Source: Paramecium tetraurelia
Taxonomy: Eukaryota
Direction of reading: 5' to 3'
Assembly: GCA_000165425.1 (NCBI GenBank)
Contig: CT868655.1
Span: forward strand, 186,001-250,000
Length of the DNA stretch: 64,000 nt
Numbering within the stretch: the stretch's first letter is position 1; the number at the start of each line of letters is the position of its first letter. Under the pieces are notes generated by a model. That model was not told where the DNA came from, made no database searches, and saw nothing but the letters and a program-made list of their open reading frames with translations. Of the stretch, positions 51,101 to 64,000 are shown piece by piece. Made by a program: the position numbers and the translations under genes.

Positions 51101-54100
51101 CTTCTCTTGTGTACTATTATAGATTGAGATTGTGTGGGAATTCCAAACGAGTACTTAATTTTTCATTCATGAAGATATCTAAATTGAACACAATTCTTTG
51201 GATATGGACTATCAATACATTTGGCAAGGTTTATAAGCATTGTCGTTTGATGAGATCATTCTTTTACTTGCATTATTCACAATAGTAATCTTTGATGACC
51301 TCTCCATTAATCATACTTTCAAAGGATTCATGAATAGATTTAACCCCTTTCACTTTTACTGAAAGAGTGTAAAAAAGATCAAATTTCTCTCTCATATTTT
51401 TGCACCCATTGCATATCATTTAACTGCAAGTCTACCCACCGTAAATAGACTCAATAAATTGTTACCAACCTTTCCCCTTTAGTTAATTATCTAAACGATC
51501 AAAAAATTGATTTAAGAATTCTTAAGCATCCTATTGTAAGGAGACATTAACAGGTTGATTATCATAATCCTTAAAGGAATAGCAAAAGAATTGAGGATTG
51601 ACATCAGGTCTTTCACTTAATTCCAAATAGGCTAGTAATCTCTGGAATTGATGAATTGAGTTATCATCTATTTGATATTCTAAACCCTAATTATCTTTGT
51701 ATTGAACCACTTAATTTTCAACACCATCTTCAGCTCTCAACATGCAGTACCTGAATTCAGGAGTCATGAAGAATTGTTACATCATAGCATTCATGTAACA
51801 AATACATCCCAAATTACGAATGCCCACAAAACCATGATATGTTTTTGGATTCAATTTTATATCAAATCCACTAAATATAATGATCTGGTATATGATTGTA
51901 TTTAAATCCAACATCTCTGGATTGTAATTCTACTTTAAATATAATATTATGATTCTATAAACAATCTTCCTGCTCTCAGGAGACTTGCTCTTAACATAAT
52001 CTGGAGTGTATTATTTCTAGGGTGTAAGCTAAAACGTATTTAAATGGAAGCAAAACAAGTGAACCTGGTATAAGTACATGATCAATTATTATGTCAATAT
52101 ACTTTAGTCTACAATACTCAAACTTTCTAAAATTGATAGTAGACCTGTAAGAGTCTTATCAGATGTCAACCCAATTCTTGATTCTGTTGGTTCATATTCC
52201 TTTAGTTGTGCTATGATATTTTCTGCAAATTATTTATCACTGTATTTTGATTCCTGAATCAACTTAGCAAGTAAATCAAAATAGGATTACGATTCCTTGT
52301 TTTCATTTTTTGGAAACAATTCAATTAATATATTAATTAAAATCTTTCCCAACTGATTCTAACATTTGAATATCAAATACAAAGAATTTCCTGCAAATTT
52401 CCTTATTAATAATTACTTGGGAGCATATAATAACTATTCATAACGTTATTTAATTGTTTGGATAGATGAAACAAAGTAATCTAAGCAATTGCCCAAATTA
52501 TATCCAACGATTGTAGTGATTAAAATTAAAATAAACTCAATGATAAATCTGTCTTCAGTTATATCCAGTTACATGCTGATTATGCATTTTAACAAATCAA
52601 CATAATCTAGTTAGATATCTAACCCATTCATAAACTTGACTAATTCTAAGAATTCTTCAGTCTCCTTCACTCTTAATAAAGGTTTATTGTCAGAAGAGGA
52701 TGGGTAGGTACCATCGATTAATTAGGCAATGGTATCAAATGTAGCTTAAATTGGTTACTTGACATGCTGCTGAATTTGGTAGATGTTATTGAAAATAGGT
52801 TGGAATTAAGCAGATATGTGTCTACAGAGAATGTTCAAAATCAAACATTATGCTAATTTCACAATTTTAATATTCTCTTATTCCAAGTTGTTTAAAATGA
52901 ATTGTAATTACTTGAATCCGCCATATTTAACAAAGTTTCTACAATATTCTTCAGTATACAAAAGATGTTCGATAATTTTGATTGAATATATTAATTAATA
53001 AGATCTATCCTTTGTGAAATCTTCAAAGTTAAGAATTCGTTACTTTGCTGCTTCAAAAACTGGCAGAGAACACAATAACTTCCAACATTCTTAAGCAATC
53101 TAATCGCTTTGATTAATGAAGTGGAACATCAATCTATAGAATCTTTCATTGTGAGCCAATTAATAACGAGGCAATTTCTGTTCATCTAAATCAACTTCAT
53201 CGTTTTCTATTAATGTTAGATCATTCTTATAACCAAATGAATGCAAGTTCTTCCAAACTATAGATGAAATCTTTTATCGAATACAACAATCTTCATAAAA
53301 TGAAATAAAATTGTCAACTGTTAAATATCCTTTCTGTTCACCATACAAGTTCCACACTTCTTTGATTTTCTTTCCATCTTTAAAACTCTCATCATTTGCA
53401 GCCTTCACTCCAAAACTAGACAATTGCTCTGAACTCATCTTACCGTCTGTTGAATACAACTCAAACAACTTATGCAAGACTTTAATAAATTTAGGTGTTA
53501 ATTTGTTATCCTCAACCAAAGGTAGTTAAGGAATCGGCTTTGTCTTTCTTCTGTACACATTTATCACTTCACTCTTTCTAACATTCATCTGTTTCAATGT
53601 CTTACCATTATCTGTATCCTACACTGTAACCCCATTTCTTACTAATTTCACCTATTCCCAATTGGTATATAACTCTTTCGCTATCACCCTTCTCAATTCA
53701 AACATAGTCATTCTAGAATACACCTTTATTGTTGTTCTGTTACTAGGAGCTCCATCTCCCATGTCATTCACAATATTGATACTAAATCCGTCTCCTTTTA
53801 CTAAACCATCCAATGAAAGCAAGGATCCAACACCTTTAGTCTCAGTTTCATTCAATAAATTTCTCAGAACATCCAAACATTTAAGTATTGTCTATTCATT
53901 TGTACAATCCATCTTATCCAAGATCCTGTCTATGAATTGTTCTTATTGCGATAAATTCAATTTCACCAACAATTAAACCGCTTTATCCAGTTGAGAATTA
54001 AACACTATATGCCATAAATATTCAATTCCTATAATTTAATTCACGTCCACTAATAGAGTCAATTCTAATTGTTGATCATTTTCATTAACATTTGTGTTGG

Positions 54101-56805
54101 TCATACTAATAATATTCCCATATTGATCACAATTTTAATTCAAATTTGATTATTGTCTATGTAATCGATACTCTTTTTGATTTATATAGTACAGTATTGC
54201 CTAAAAGCAATTAAATGCATTTTCAGTGAGATGTGAATCTGAATTTAATAGTCTTAAATAGAATGCATCTAATTCAGTCAGACTGAATTATTAATCTTTC
54301 TCAACTAGATCTCTTAACCAATTGCTTGCCATATCACATTCCTGTTTACAAATAGGTTTCAAAATTAGTTCATTCCAAATTAAATCTAGAAATTATTGAT
54401 TAATGATATTTGCTGCAGTGCCATTAATTTTAATTAAAGTTTTAATCAAAAGAATTCTTTCTTATAATTTATTCATGTATCTTGCTGATTCTTATAGAGT
54501 CTCTGCATTGATGCCTTTATTTTAAATTCGAAGATTCTCTATATTTTATCTTAAAATTTGATGGATATTAGATTGTTGAATAAGGTCCTTCACAAATTCA
54601 TCCTATGTTATCTCTTCTACCTTGCTTTCAGTTTAAGTAGATTATTCAATTTCTTCCTTAATTTTCTGTTATTGCATAAGGTTAGGATTGTTCTACACAA
54701 AAGGATATGTCATAACTTAGGAAGGCTATGATTCTGCATTATTGTCTGGTTGTTATGGTTATGATTATTATTTTGATGGAAATGAACATATAAAATGAGA
54801 TAGTGTTTTAATTGATGAACTCTCTACTTTCATTTATTAAATATTTGATATTAACTTTTGAACCATTTGAACTTTAATTTCCTTAATCTCTAGATTCTTG
54901 ATCAAATCACAAAGATATGACCTTGATTTATCCTCTAAAGACTGCTTTTATGACTAACCAGCATATTCAATTATTCTCCATAAAGTATCAATTGACAAAA
55001 TTATCAATTCTTAATTTTTAATTTAATATCTATTCATTTCATATAATAATTAAACATGCTCGATCAATATTGAATCCTCTTTCAATTATTTGATTTATTC
55101 CATAAAGAAAATCACATGATATTCTCGCATAGCAAATGCAATTTCATTGATTAATTTAAAAATAATGGGTCTCAATTCATTATCATTCTATTACATCAGA
55201 TCCCAAATCATAGACATATGTTTGGCTGTAAATGCATTTTCGATGTTCAAATAAATTCTGATCAACTCCTTTGTCCTCTCAAGTAATTGAAGATGTGTAT
55301 TATGATGAAACAATGTCTCCATGATATTCTCACTTTCAATCCATTACAAAACCGTTTAAGGACTCTTATCAACACTAGCCTACTTCAACATATCAGTCAA
55401 CAGCTTTAATCCCATAATTTTCTTATCCAAGAAATTACAATTGAAACAAACCTACACAAATTCCAAACTCAACTTTTATAGCCATTCTCTCCTTTATTCC
55501 TCATTCATAATTCTATCCAAAAGTACTTTAAAGGCTTGGATGATCAAATTCATCTTCTCTCTTCCCATATTTCTCAAGGTTTACTCATCAGAATGAAGCA
55601 AAGTTTGTCTCAAACCCTACAATTTGGGAACGTATTCTTGGCAGAAAGATCTGAACAATTAAGCATGGATGTTGCCAATAGCAGACATGTAATTGGCCAG
55701 AATATCAACTGATTAAATGTTGAGTATCTTTTCGAATCCTCCAAAATATCCAAAATGATTGATAAATTAAATCAAAAGAAAACTCTTTGATTGTTTAGGT
55801 CTCAAGATAGCATAGAATTTCTCTTCTTGATAATCTTATTAGTATAGGATATCATAACTGTCATCAATATATTGTTCATTTGAGTTGAATTTCCTTACAA
55901 TATGATCATCACAAAATGCTAGTCTAGGATGACATGCAGTTATTTGTTCATCATAATGTCGGTTATAACCAATAAATTTTTTCTAAGATTCATCATCTAT
56001 TGAATTTCCATCCTCTGTATAAAAGCGAAATGCTATGTTATAATTAACAATAGGTTCTATGTCTTTATCTTCAATACGTTGCTAAATAGTGCTCAAAACC
56101 CATTTGTCTGATTGGGTTGCCAGGATCACCTAGCCTATTTAAAGATTGAACATTTGATCTAATCTTTGAGATCGAGTTCTAAATGGCATGAGATGACCAC
56201 TTCTTATATTGTATATTTGTTTGACAGATTGCTCGTTTAGAAATCTAACCTTTATGTCGTCTTCACTGTGTTCTTCTACCACTCCTCTTGACCAATTCCA
56301 TCGAGCAGTGCTACGACAGAGACGCAGACAATCTACATAAGTGCCTTCTTAAAGTTGGTCAATGAATTACTTATATTGAGGATTGAGTGAGTAAGAATAT
56401 TTAATGAACTAACTTTATTCAATTGATTACTTGATCATGCCATTCAGTACGATGTGCATTATGCTCATATATCATACGAGATGGGTCCATTATAGTCCTA
56501 AATATTTAGCTTACCTTCTCATCTTAGAGATTATTGGAAATGTATTTCAATACGCACTTTATAAATGCTTCTATGTTGAAAATCACTCTATCTGGATAAC
56601 CCTTATGATTGATGATGAAATTCACACAGATGTTTATCAACTCTGGTAAATATTGTCGACCATCTGCTGTGACGGTCTCCTCCATATACTACTCTACTCT
56701 TTATAAAGCTTGCAGAATCGGTTCATATTGCTATTCCATTTTGGCTGTCTTAAGCTTATCCACCTACGACACCAATTATTTCATCGCCTGTATTTCTTCA
56801 CTCAT
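48117..56805 (-). CDS. giant ubiquitin-specific protease (USP9/24/34-like, ~2850 aa) with C-terminal NZF zinc finger
   Basis: Cys box GFVGIRNLGCICYMNAMMQQFF (~51775-51833), QQDAQEF, His box GVVVHKGTAQYGHYYS (~51001-51048), WLKFND, NAYILVYER; ends CPVCTYLQSNSNHFCEMC. Confidence 0.9.
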
Positions 56806-57747
56806 TTATATTTATAATTCATCTTAAATTTTACAAATGTAGTTTATATAGTAAATAAAATAATCCAAAACAATTATTTCAGACCCTCTTGCATCACGAA
56901 TGCAAACCCTCAACATTTAGAAATACCGCCTTAATATCATTGTCTACCATTCTTCTAAATCTTCTTCCTTATTAATATATTCCTCATAATTTATTCTACA
57001 TTCTATAACCTATCTGATCATATCTATTCAAATCTATTCTTGCGCTTAAATATTCTTTAGTTTAACTATTACAATCTGAGTTTCAGTGCAAATATATTGA
57101 ATATTCATAATAATAACAAAAGATTCATCTGCTTTATTATGATTTGCTTAAAAAGGACCCTTGAAGTTTTACTCAACTTTAAAGATAATTCTCTTATTTT
57201 TATAGAATAATCATTCTTTTATTTAAATATGAAGACAAGTATTTTAATAGATAAACGACACCTTGATAAGACATATCCCCAACTAAAATTGTATAAACAT
57301 TTATACTCTATATTTTAACATAAATCTATAAAAAAATTTGACAGAGTCTTTTGAAATTTTAATAATGTTGAGTAAAAAGATATTAGGAGGGTTAGTAAGA
57401 TTTTTAAATTTATATTTTAATTTGAGACTATCTTTATAATTTTGAAAATATAGGTTTTAAGTTGTATAAACAGAGATTTGAATGATGTGTTGAGCCTAAT
57501 CTCATTTTCTATCAATGATAAAATTTGTATTAACTACATAGCTATACCTATTCTTTATTACTATGTCTTGATATCTGCAACTATGATATAATATCGAAAA
57601 AAAAAGACTTTGCTTTTTGGATATTTACATAATTATTGATGTTCAATTAAATTAATAAAATTAGGATTATTATAAAAATTGATTCCAAAAAAATAATGAT
57701 CTTTATGTTTCTTAAATTTATCCTATTTACCACTTATCATAAAATAC

Positions 57748-60700
57748 TCATTTTCTCAGTTTTCTATCTTTTCTTTATCTTTCTTCCAATTCTTCTTTGT
57801 ATTTCATGGACAAATCAAAATCATCTAATTACCATCCTATTAGGTCTTCTCTATATTGCGAATCGGAAGCCAATGGAAATCTCTCAGGCTTGCATTAGAA
57901 TGGAAAATCTTTCATCAAATTGAACATGGTTTTGCCATTAAACTTCATAACTTCTTCTTATTACCAGCTAATATATAATTTCAATATATTTCATACTTTC
58001 CTTCAACTTCAGCCAACACTTAGGCCTATTGATTAGACATTTTTAATTTACCATCCTTTTTGTACTTCTATAGTATAGTCTGGTTCACTTTGTATATTTT
58101 ACCCTCAAAGTAATCACATTGAGTTTTTCCCTTCTTTTAAGGGTTGAAATACAATTCACTCAGAATTTGATTCTTATGATCGATATATAATTATTGTCCT
58201 TCAGTGTAAAAATAACGATCTCCATAAGTGATACCAGTCACATAACCCTTACAATAACTATACTCAATCTTTGCATCACTAAATTCTATTACAATTCTAC
58301 CTTCATTGCCTCCTGTTATTGTATTTGCCCCTATGCTGGCTGTCGATTCCAAATTACCATATATTTTATAACCCCTACCATACATAATAAATGCAGCAAT
58401 TGGAGGATGATGACTAATTTATTCTAAGTAAACTGGACATCCCTTAATCCATAATTAACAAGTCTCTCCTAGAATTGGGTTGAACGGCTTTTCAAGATTC
58501 AGATAGATTATAGTAAATGAGAGTGAAAATGCTATCACTGCTCCCATCTACTAAACTGGATCATTTGGCACATTCTCTAGGAAATGTGGAGCATAAGCAA
58601 ATGAGGCCCCAAATCTTTATAAATTAGTTCTCTTCTCAAAAACGTAGACTGGAAGAGAAACACTTAAGATGGATTTACCTTTCAATATATTGGATCCCAT
58701 TTTGCTTAAAATGTATTTGAACACTTTTTTCTAGGCTTCCAATTTTTTAGTATTGAAAAATTTCAAATATCCTTTCTTTGTATCAAATTACCATTCATCC
58801 CTATAAAAAAAATGTAATCCATTAATTTCATTAATCCTTTCGTGTTAAGCATCATCTTTAAAAGTGACCATGTAGGGATGTAATTGAGAACTCCACATTT
58901 CACATCGTAATACAAAGTCTAGCAATTCCTTATAGAATTCATCCTAATTCTGAATCAGTTATGATTTCTCCCACTCCGGTCGTATATCTTCATGCATGAA
59001 TGCTTCATCTATTTCAATCTCATCCTCAGACTCATCATCTATTTTAATTTACTTTTTCTCTTCTATATCCTCTGTTTATTTATTATCTTCAATAGTCCCT
59101 GTTTTCTATGATTAATTCTGTTGATCATCAATAATTTAATCATGAACTGGAATACTGAAATTCAACATCTATTTTTATTCTATTGTTGTATCTTTCTTAA
59201 TTATTCTTTCTTCGTTTAATTTTCTAATTAATATAAGGTCTTCATCACTTATCTACTAAGAACTAGTTTACTTGGAGTCAGAATAATTTTGAAACTTCGA
59301 TTAATATTTCTATTTTATTTGTAAATAAGATATTGAATCCTACCTTGTTAATTCATAGTCTTTTTCCTGCTCTATTTATGGTTATGATTTATGCATGTAA
59401 TTATTAGTTGTAGTATTCTGAACATTTTCTGGGATAACCAATTGCTGAATATTTTTAGATTTAACTGGACGACTCTCATAAATATTGATTAAATTTAAAA
59501 TGAATTATGGTGCTTATTTTTATAATTTTAATTCCATAACATACTAAATTAGGTGCACATACTCTTTTAAATATTGAATGGTTAGTTATAAATCTTAGTA
59601 CTATGTCATATATCCACCATTAATTGTCTTAGTATCAACAACGAATAGTTTAGGAGTATGTTAAGAGATAAACACAGCACAAATATTCCAATGTATATTA
59701 TTGTTACCCTTATCATCTGATTTGTCTATGACATATATTTCATTGTAATTGCAATAAAATTACCTAACATAGTTGAATGTCCTTGGCTTATAAAAGTAAC
59801 CAAATGGTTCTCTAGTTTCCTTAATTTTGATTGTTGTTGAGCCTACAGTTTCCAATTACTCGATACTTTTTATTTATTTATTCCATTTTGTTTATGTTTT
59901 TGTATCATACAAAGCCAAGATTAAACTATTGACAGTAGCATCAGTAATGGGAAGAAATATTCTAAAGTTGTAACAGTCATTTTTATTCTGCATAATTCTT
60001 ATTGAATCTTCAAACAAATAGAGATTAAAATCAGATTCATCCATCAAATAATCGTAGCTTAATTTATATTTCAGATCTTTGAATATTAACGTTAATTCTG
60101 GTTACTCTATAGGAGTATCATTTTGTATTGGTAAGTTTTAATTTAAAATTGCTGATTCTCCAAGAGGTTATTATAAAAATATTATTCTTTCTTTGTCAAT
60201 CTAATTTTAATTTTTGGATTCTCCTTAATTAAATGCCTATTGATTATCGAATTCATTAATTGAATAGTGTTTCTATTGATTTAAGTCTTAAGAATAAAAT
60301 AAACCTTGGTTTATACTAGGTCTCTCCCTATCCATTTATTTCAATAAGTCCAAATTGATATCTTTTGCCATAGGTTCAACAGTCATAGTCTCATATCGTC
60401 TTCCCCTTCTGCCTTAATAAACACATTATTTAATATCATTAAACCATTAATTAACATAATTTTTATCATCATCAGCAAACCAAAAGTTTTAAGAGAGAGA
60501 TTTATGCAAAAGTAAAAATTTGAATCTCTTGTTATCTGAAATTGGATTTTAGATTTCAAAGAATCGTAAATTGAGAATGATTTCTTTATCTGACACAATT
60601 ATCAATTCGCATAGATCAATATCTATAGTTAACTTTCTTGTTTTCCAAGTTGACTCATCCTTCATTTTAATATCAATGGAGCCTGTTTTTTTTGGTTGAG

Positions 60701-60905
60701 ACATGTAAATCAGAATGGTCTGTCTAAATATTTTTTCCTTAGTTTCCCTACTTACCTTTAGTCTGCTTACATCTTTATCAAATGCAAGATCCTAATATAA
60801 AGATTCGACCTTTTCAATCACGTTTTCTGATATTTCTTAAGGGTGAACTTATTAAAACTTTTAAAATCGTTTATAAAGACAAGCTATTGATTCTTCTTAA
60901 TTCAT
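57748..60905 (-). CDS. oxysterol-binding protein-related protein with N-terminal PH and central START-like domains (~1040 aa)
   Basis: ORD motifs SVSLPVYVFE, KPFNPILGET, EQISHHPP, LASDSQYREDL, QRKDRKLR; one 29-nt intron; frame continuous from ATG 60905. Confidence 0.88.
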
Positions 60906-60919
60906 TTATTAATAACTAA

Positions 60920-62069
60920 TCAAAAATCATCAAACATATGTTATTTTTCATCGTCAATAGGTTGAATGTCATCTCTTTCTTCTGGATACTTGTCAAACCA
61001 TTGAGAATCTGTTTCATTTCTTAAAAAAGGTATCCATGGAGGCTGGATTTTCTTCTCATAAACTTTTTACCATGGAACGCCCCTAAAGAATTTGTGATTC
61101 ATCAAGGCTGCTCCTTCCTAATTTAACAAGATCAAATTACATCTTCAACTCCCAATCTCTTATTGACATCAGAATTTAACAATTTCCTTATTACATCTTT
61201 GGCTCTTACATGCAAAAACTTGGGAAACTCAATAACTCCATTTAAAATCTTCTTGTATATGTTTGTAGGCTCAATATCATAAAAAGGAGGATGTCTAAAT
61301 AAGATATTAATTTAACTCTATACCCTGCTAACATTTCGAATATCAATACTCCCAATGCCCACCAATCTATAGATTTTCCGTATCCTGTTTTTGCCCCTTA
61401 AATCAACTCAGGAGCCAAATATTCAGGTGTACCACACAAAGTCTGAGTGTGATTGTTTTTAATCTTTTTCGCAAACCCAAAATCTGCTATTTTAATGTGT
61501 CCTTCTCTATCAATCAATAAGTTTTCAGGCTTTAAATCTCTGTAAACAATGTCCTTTCTGTGCAAGTGTTGAATTGCCAACAATATCTCTGACACGTAAA
61601 ACAATGTGATGTCTTAACTAAATCTGCCATCCTTCCTCAATCGAGAAAACAATTCACCTCCTGATACAAATTCAAATAACATATATATGCATTTCGCATC
61701 TTAAAATGAACCTTTTAACTATACTAAAAATGGATGTTGGATTTCATTCAAAATATTCTTCTCTGATTTTATATGATCCACTTATTTTAATTTAATGATG
61801 TCATGTTTCTTCATTATTTTCAATGCGTAAACTTAACGACTCGGATCACGTTTTATGCGAACTTGTTTAACACGTCCAAAAGTGCCAGTGCCCAATGTTG
61901 TATACACTTCGAAACTATCTATCGAGAGGTTTTAGAAAAGTTATTTATCATTAAGTTTTCCTTAAACAGACTAAAATGTTGGCTCCTCATCCGATGAATC
62001 CTCATTCATTCGTTCAAGTTGCAATTTTTATAACTTACGTTGAAGTTCTTCAATTTGAAGTTGGTTCAT
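60920..62069 (-). CDS. cAMP-dependent protein kinase catalytic subunit (PKA-C-like)
   Basis: [56 protein letters not shown]-terminal FDDF. Confidence 0.93.
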
Positions 62070-62336
62070 GACAGTTAATAAAATTAATATATATATTTAT
62101 TTATCTATCTAAATGATTTCAAGTTTTCTCCAATTACTGTGATCCCATACCTCTAAATTAGCCATACAATCAGATTACATTGAATTTTGAATCTTATTTT
62201 TAAATCATAGAGAATTCATTAGTATTGATCATCTATTATAAAAGGAACTATCTAATAAAATGATCTGTAAAAGATGTAACTATAGATATTGAAATTTTAA
62301 CATATATTTTTGATAAGATTTAATTACTTAATAAAA

Positions 62337-64000
62337 TCATAATAAGATTGCATCTTATATAAATTCTTCAATGCACTATTCAAATACCATGTCTCCTATC
62401 TCCATCAATAGCTCCAGCTTATCGTCTGATGCTAAATTCCATCTAAACTCACTATCTTACATCTATATTTATATAATTGATTAATTACATCTGCAATCAA
62501 CATTTTGTGTACTCTTTACTCTCTTATTTATATGATAGGATCATAGTAATATTGAAGATCAGTATCATACAATTCCGGGTTCTATTGCATATTCATTTGC
62601 TAGATCATCATTTCTGTAGTCTTAGCTTCTAGAATAACTTATTTCTCTCTTGGAACATAGTATTCTTCTTCTATTGGCAAGAATCCACATAAGTAATTTG
62701 CAAACTAAATTATTCTAGATTCCATCTTATTCAAAAAATCACAAAAGTCCTCACATTTAATAGCTTACTGAGGGATTCGAGCCTCCCAAGGATAAGGCTC
62801 TCCGTTATCTATTATAAGATTTGTAATAATACTATAATAATAAGGTCTGAATGTATTCAAAACTTCATTGCAGGCATCAAATATAGCTCTATTGTGAATA
62901 TGCTCAAGCTCTTTTAAGGCTTTAGATACATGATTCAATTTCTCAAAGTCGTTCTCTTAAAGTCGATGAAATTCATACTCAAAGAAATATTAATCTAACA
63001 TCACAAAATTTACATAATTTCGATCCATATTTTATTATGAATAATTTCCATAGAAAAGCTCTAATCGCTTTTATGGTGAATATCCATATGGAATATTAAT
63101 CTTTTAAACAATCTCTTCTCCATAGAGAGGCAAGATATAATCAAAAAGGTTGTGAAGATAGTATCTAATTTCAATAATTGAAGTTGGTATTTAAGACATT
63201 GTAGGTGTAAGTTATTAAATGACTAATCCAAATTGATTTTACTAATTCAGTAATTCTAATATATTATTATATAAATTTACCTTCGGTTAAATTGTCTATA
63301 ATGTCACTTATTAAGTCATTTGCAATCAAATCCAATTTATCTTTCATGTTCATCTCTTCATTAGGTTAAATAATAACCTCTTTAAGAAACTATCTTTGAT
63401 CAATTTAATTTTCTTAATCAAGATCTTCAGATTAGGTTTCTTCAAGTTTTTCTAACTCATTTTCAGATTGTAGATAAATATTATTCAAAATTTTAACCTC
63501 AGATTAGCTTTGTTTTGATTTTTTAAGATTACTAAATCGTTCATCTACTTTTTACTTCAGACTTATAAGTTTTGAATTGTTTTCATCGAAACTTGATGCA
63601 ATCATCAAATCTCTCTAAATCTTTTTCATAGCACTTGCTTCTTTTTTCTTGCTTAATTCAATATAATGTCTTGTGATTTGAAGATCTTCTAGTTCCTTTT
63701 TCAACCATTTATTTAAGTCAGCTTTTTTATTTTCATCATTGTCAACTTTTTTTATTTCTGTGAAATATCTTAATTATATTGCCTCCTCTCTCATGTTTAA
63801 TAATTCTGTATCCCTTTTCATTAACTGAGATTATAAAACTAATATCGACGATTTACTTATCTCTGTTATCTAGTCCTTTGATGATTAAATTAATTTAACT
63901 TCACTTTAATCTTAAAGAGCCTTGACTTTCTTTCTCGCTTCGTTAAAATTCTTCTCTGTGCTTGCTTCTTAAGATTGCAACAATTTGACATCAAATGAAT
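62337..64000 (-). CDS. CEP350/DUF4378-like centrosomal coiled-coil protein, 3' part (start beyond window)
   Basis: coiled coil, EHIHNRAIFDACNEVLN, PYPW, C-terminal W....D.KLELLMEIGDMVFEQCIEEF. Confidence 0.7.

Noticed and set aside
1..64000. Retained IESs, Tc1/mariner transposons, telomeric C4A2/C3A3 repeats, tRNA/rRNA, CRISPR
   Set aside because: Apart from one 2-nt indel, the reading frames I traced close with ordinary introns; no TA-bounded inserts, terminal repeats, telomere tracts, cloverleafs or repeat-spacer arrays were seen

Overview
AT-rich, very gene-dense eukaryotic DNA that reads as the somatic (macronuclear) genome of a ciliate, almost certainly Paramecium. Genes only become continuous when TAA/TAG are read as Gln and TGA is the sole stop (translation table 6), and they are interrupted by 20-30 nt GT..AG introns. 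The supplied ORF track uses the standard code, so it shows only fragments and many spurious ORFs. By manual translation I find about 35 genes: a Rab-like GTPase fused to a long coiled coil, an amino-acid transporter, short RIB43A, ATG18/WIPI, two Myb proteins, a cysteine-rich mini surface antigen, a Zn-finger/multi-ubiquitin-like protein, an ankyrin protein, three AGC kinases (one PKA-C, one frameshifted), DNAAF1/ODA7, Sec1/Munc18, uL13, uS5, CFAP97-like, AP-4 epsilon, one active and one probably inactive pepsin-family protease, Pumilio, an EEF1AKMT4-like methyltransferase, a two-repeat cation channel, a giant USP, a PH-START-OSBP lipid-transfer protein and a CEP350/DUF4378-like gene. I found no rRNA, tRNA, transposon, CRISPR, telomere or retained IES. 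The most unusual items are the two-repeat channel with TxDSW filters, the PH-START-ORD protein, the tandem-UBL protein, the Rab-coiled-coil fusion, the membrane pseudo-protease and several extreme gene-packing cases. All gene models are manual: intron boundaries and some start codons are inferred, and no database search was run.
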